The notes below the pieces were generated by a model. The model ran no database searches, had not been told where the DNA came from, and worked only from the letters and a program-made list of their open reading frames with translations. From Sulfurospirillum sp. (GTDB lineage: Bacteria > Campylobacterota > Campylobacteria > Campylobacterales > QNZT01): a stretch of 64,000 nt of DNA. Positions 63,166 to 64,000 of this stretch are shown here, piece after piece; the stretch's first letter is position 1; each line of letters starts with the position of its first letter. Both the position numbers and the translations under genes were made by a program. The DNA is taken from NCBI GenBank assembly GCA_024762875.1, contig JANTGR010000002.1:191-64190 (forward strand), written 5' to 3'.

Positions 63166-63194
63166 TTGACATCCTTTAGTATCTCTGATATAAT
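63166..63194 (+). promoter_or_regulatory. Consensus sigma70-type promoter TTGACA-N17-TATAAT
   Basis: TTGACA at 63166-63171, a 17-nt spacer, TATAAT at 63189-63194. An ATG at 63201 lies about 7 nt downstream of the -10 box. Confidence 0.5.
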
Positions 63195-63222
63195 ACATAT
63201 ATGGGAAAAGTGGATGAGATAA

Positions 63223-63429
63223 AAGAAGAAAGTTGGTTGGCTGAAAGTATGGTTAGGCATTTTGGTAGTTACTATGTTCGGTATGATAGGGTGGGGTATT
63301 TCTCATATTGGGAAGGTTAGCAATCTACTTTTGATACTTGATGCTGTATCTATTGTTATGATTTCTATTATTGTAGCTATTATCAATTTTTCAGCTATCA
63401 AAAAAATTAGAAGTTTAAAGGATTTATGA
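63223..63429 (+). CDS. Candidate small two-TM membrane protein (start unresolved; possible frameshift relative to ATG 63201)
   Basis: The open frame reads KKKVGWLKVWLGILVVTMFGMIGWGISHIGKVSNLLLILDAVSIVMISIIVAIINFSAIKKIRSLKDL. The first in-frame TTG is at 63262 and the first ATG at 63274, so it is under 60 aa and not in the track. Confidence 0.4.
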   Translation, partial: KKKVGWLKVWLGILVVTMFGMIGWGISHIGKVSNLLLILDAVSIVMISIIVAIINFSAIKKIRSLKDL

Positions 63430-63512
63430 TGGAAATAATGTTTGCAATAGTTTTGATATTTGTAACAGCTGTTTTAGTTTATAGCGGATGGAGAGCTGCA
63501 CATATTAGCTAA
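63426..63512 (+). CDS. Candidate 28-aa single-TM protein (MMEIMFAIVLIFVTAVLVYSGWRAAHIS)
   Basis: Its ATG overlaps the TGA of the preceding small ORF (ATGA coupling). Confidence 0.4.
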   Translation: MMEIMFAIVLIFVTAVLVYSGWRAAHIS

Positions 63513-63779
63513 GGTATATAAAACTACAATTTAGGCGTAAGGGCTTGTCCCCCAAAAGTGCTTTAAGGAGAAGATATCCTCTATTTTCCAAAAAAGCTTG
63601 ATATCTCAAACCAAAATTCACACTTTTCTTTTCTAAAAATAGCAAGTTTTTTTCTTTGAGACTTGGAAAAAAATCAAAATTTTTCAATGTAAATGATACT
63701 TCTAGATATTTGTCTAAAGGAACTATTGATACTTAAGATGATTATGTCGATATATAGTTAAAAATTTTGTGAGGCAAAT

Positions 63780-64000
63780 ATGCATTTTAAGTGTAAGCCC
63801 TGTGGTTCAAATGACTATATTGTAGAGAAAAATCAGATTATTTGTAACTATTGTGGCAGTAGCTATCTGTATGAAGAAAAAACTGTAGATAAAAAAAGTG
63901 AAAACAGACTTTTGATACCTCTTGGTATAGTGCTAGTATTGGGGTTAACTGCTCTTCTCTCTTTTAAAGATCCAAAGCCACAAGAAAAAGCAAAAGAGAT
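63780..64000 (+). CDS. Zinc-ribbon (CxxC...CxxC) protein with a TM helix, 3' end beyond the window
   Basis: Manual translation gives MHFKCKPCGSNDYIVEKNQIICNYCGSSYLYEEKTVDKKSENRLLIPLGIVLVLGLTALLSFKDPKPQEKAKE. No stop before the window end, so it is absent from the track. Confidence 0.5.
   Translation, partial: MHFKCKPCGSNDYIVEKNQIICNYCGSSYLYEEKTVDKKSENRLLIPLGIVLVLGLTALLSFKDPKPQEKAKE

Noticed and set aside
63505-63687. A 60-aa minus-strand ORF.
   Set aside because: No ribosome-binding site, no motif, AT-rich low-complexity sequence, and it just reaches the 60-aa reporting threshold.

Overview
Low-GC chromosomal window that looks like a Campylobacterota (epsilonproteobacterial) genome. I infer this from protein content and from gene order as I remember it. 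The block amiA, NMO, tyrS, spoT, rpoZ, pyrH, M23/EnvC, ftsX, ftsE, trmB, flpA, rluD resembles C. jejuni Cj1269c-Cj1280c. The block PBP, fliE, flgC, flgB next to ftsW resembles H. pylori HP1556-1560. About 60 tightly packed genes are almost all housekeeping: aminoacyl-tRNA synthetases, cell wall and division, flagellar rod, nucleotide and cofactor metabolism. There is also one tRNA(CAU) and RNase P RNA. I found no transposase, integrase, CRISPR array or recognisable defence gene. The unusual content is in the DNA and RNA rather than the genes. (1) A 10-12 bp palindrome, YTATCATGATAR, occurs at least 36 times, about one copy per 1.8 kb. It lies in genes on both strands, in intergenic DNA, over start and stop codons, and inside rnpB. 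This behaves like a highly iterated palindrome or uptake-signal-like genomic word. (2) A roughly 95-nt REP/MITE-like intergenic element has a conserved 41-nt core and variable self-complementary arms, in three copies. (3) A 274-nt nested-palindrome element with a UUCG-capped hairpin sits 40 nt upstream of ftsW. (4) A duplicated 18-bp perfect palindrome lies in the divergent region between a Wza/Wzz polysaccharide-export operon and a monocistronic lipoprotein gene. Smaller points include a FIST, histidine kinase, REC-GGDEF-EAL module with diverged signature motifs, and a VKOR-glutaredoxin fusion. There are also several unannotated small membrane ORFs and an MltD-like gene with no canonical start codon. 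All coordinates for hand-found motifs are from reading the sequence by eye and may be off by 1-2 nt.
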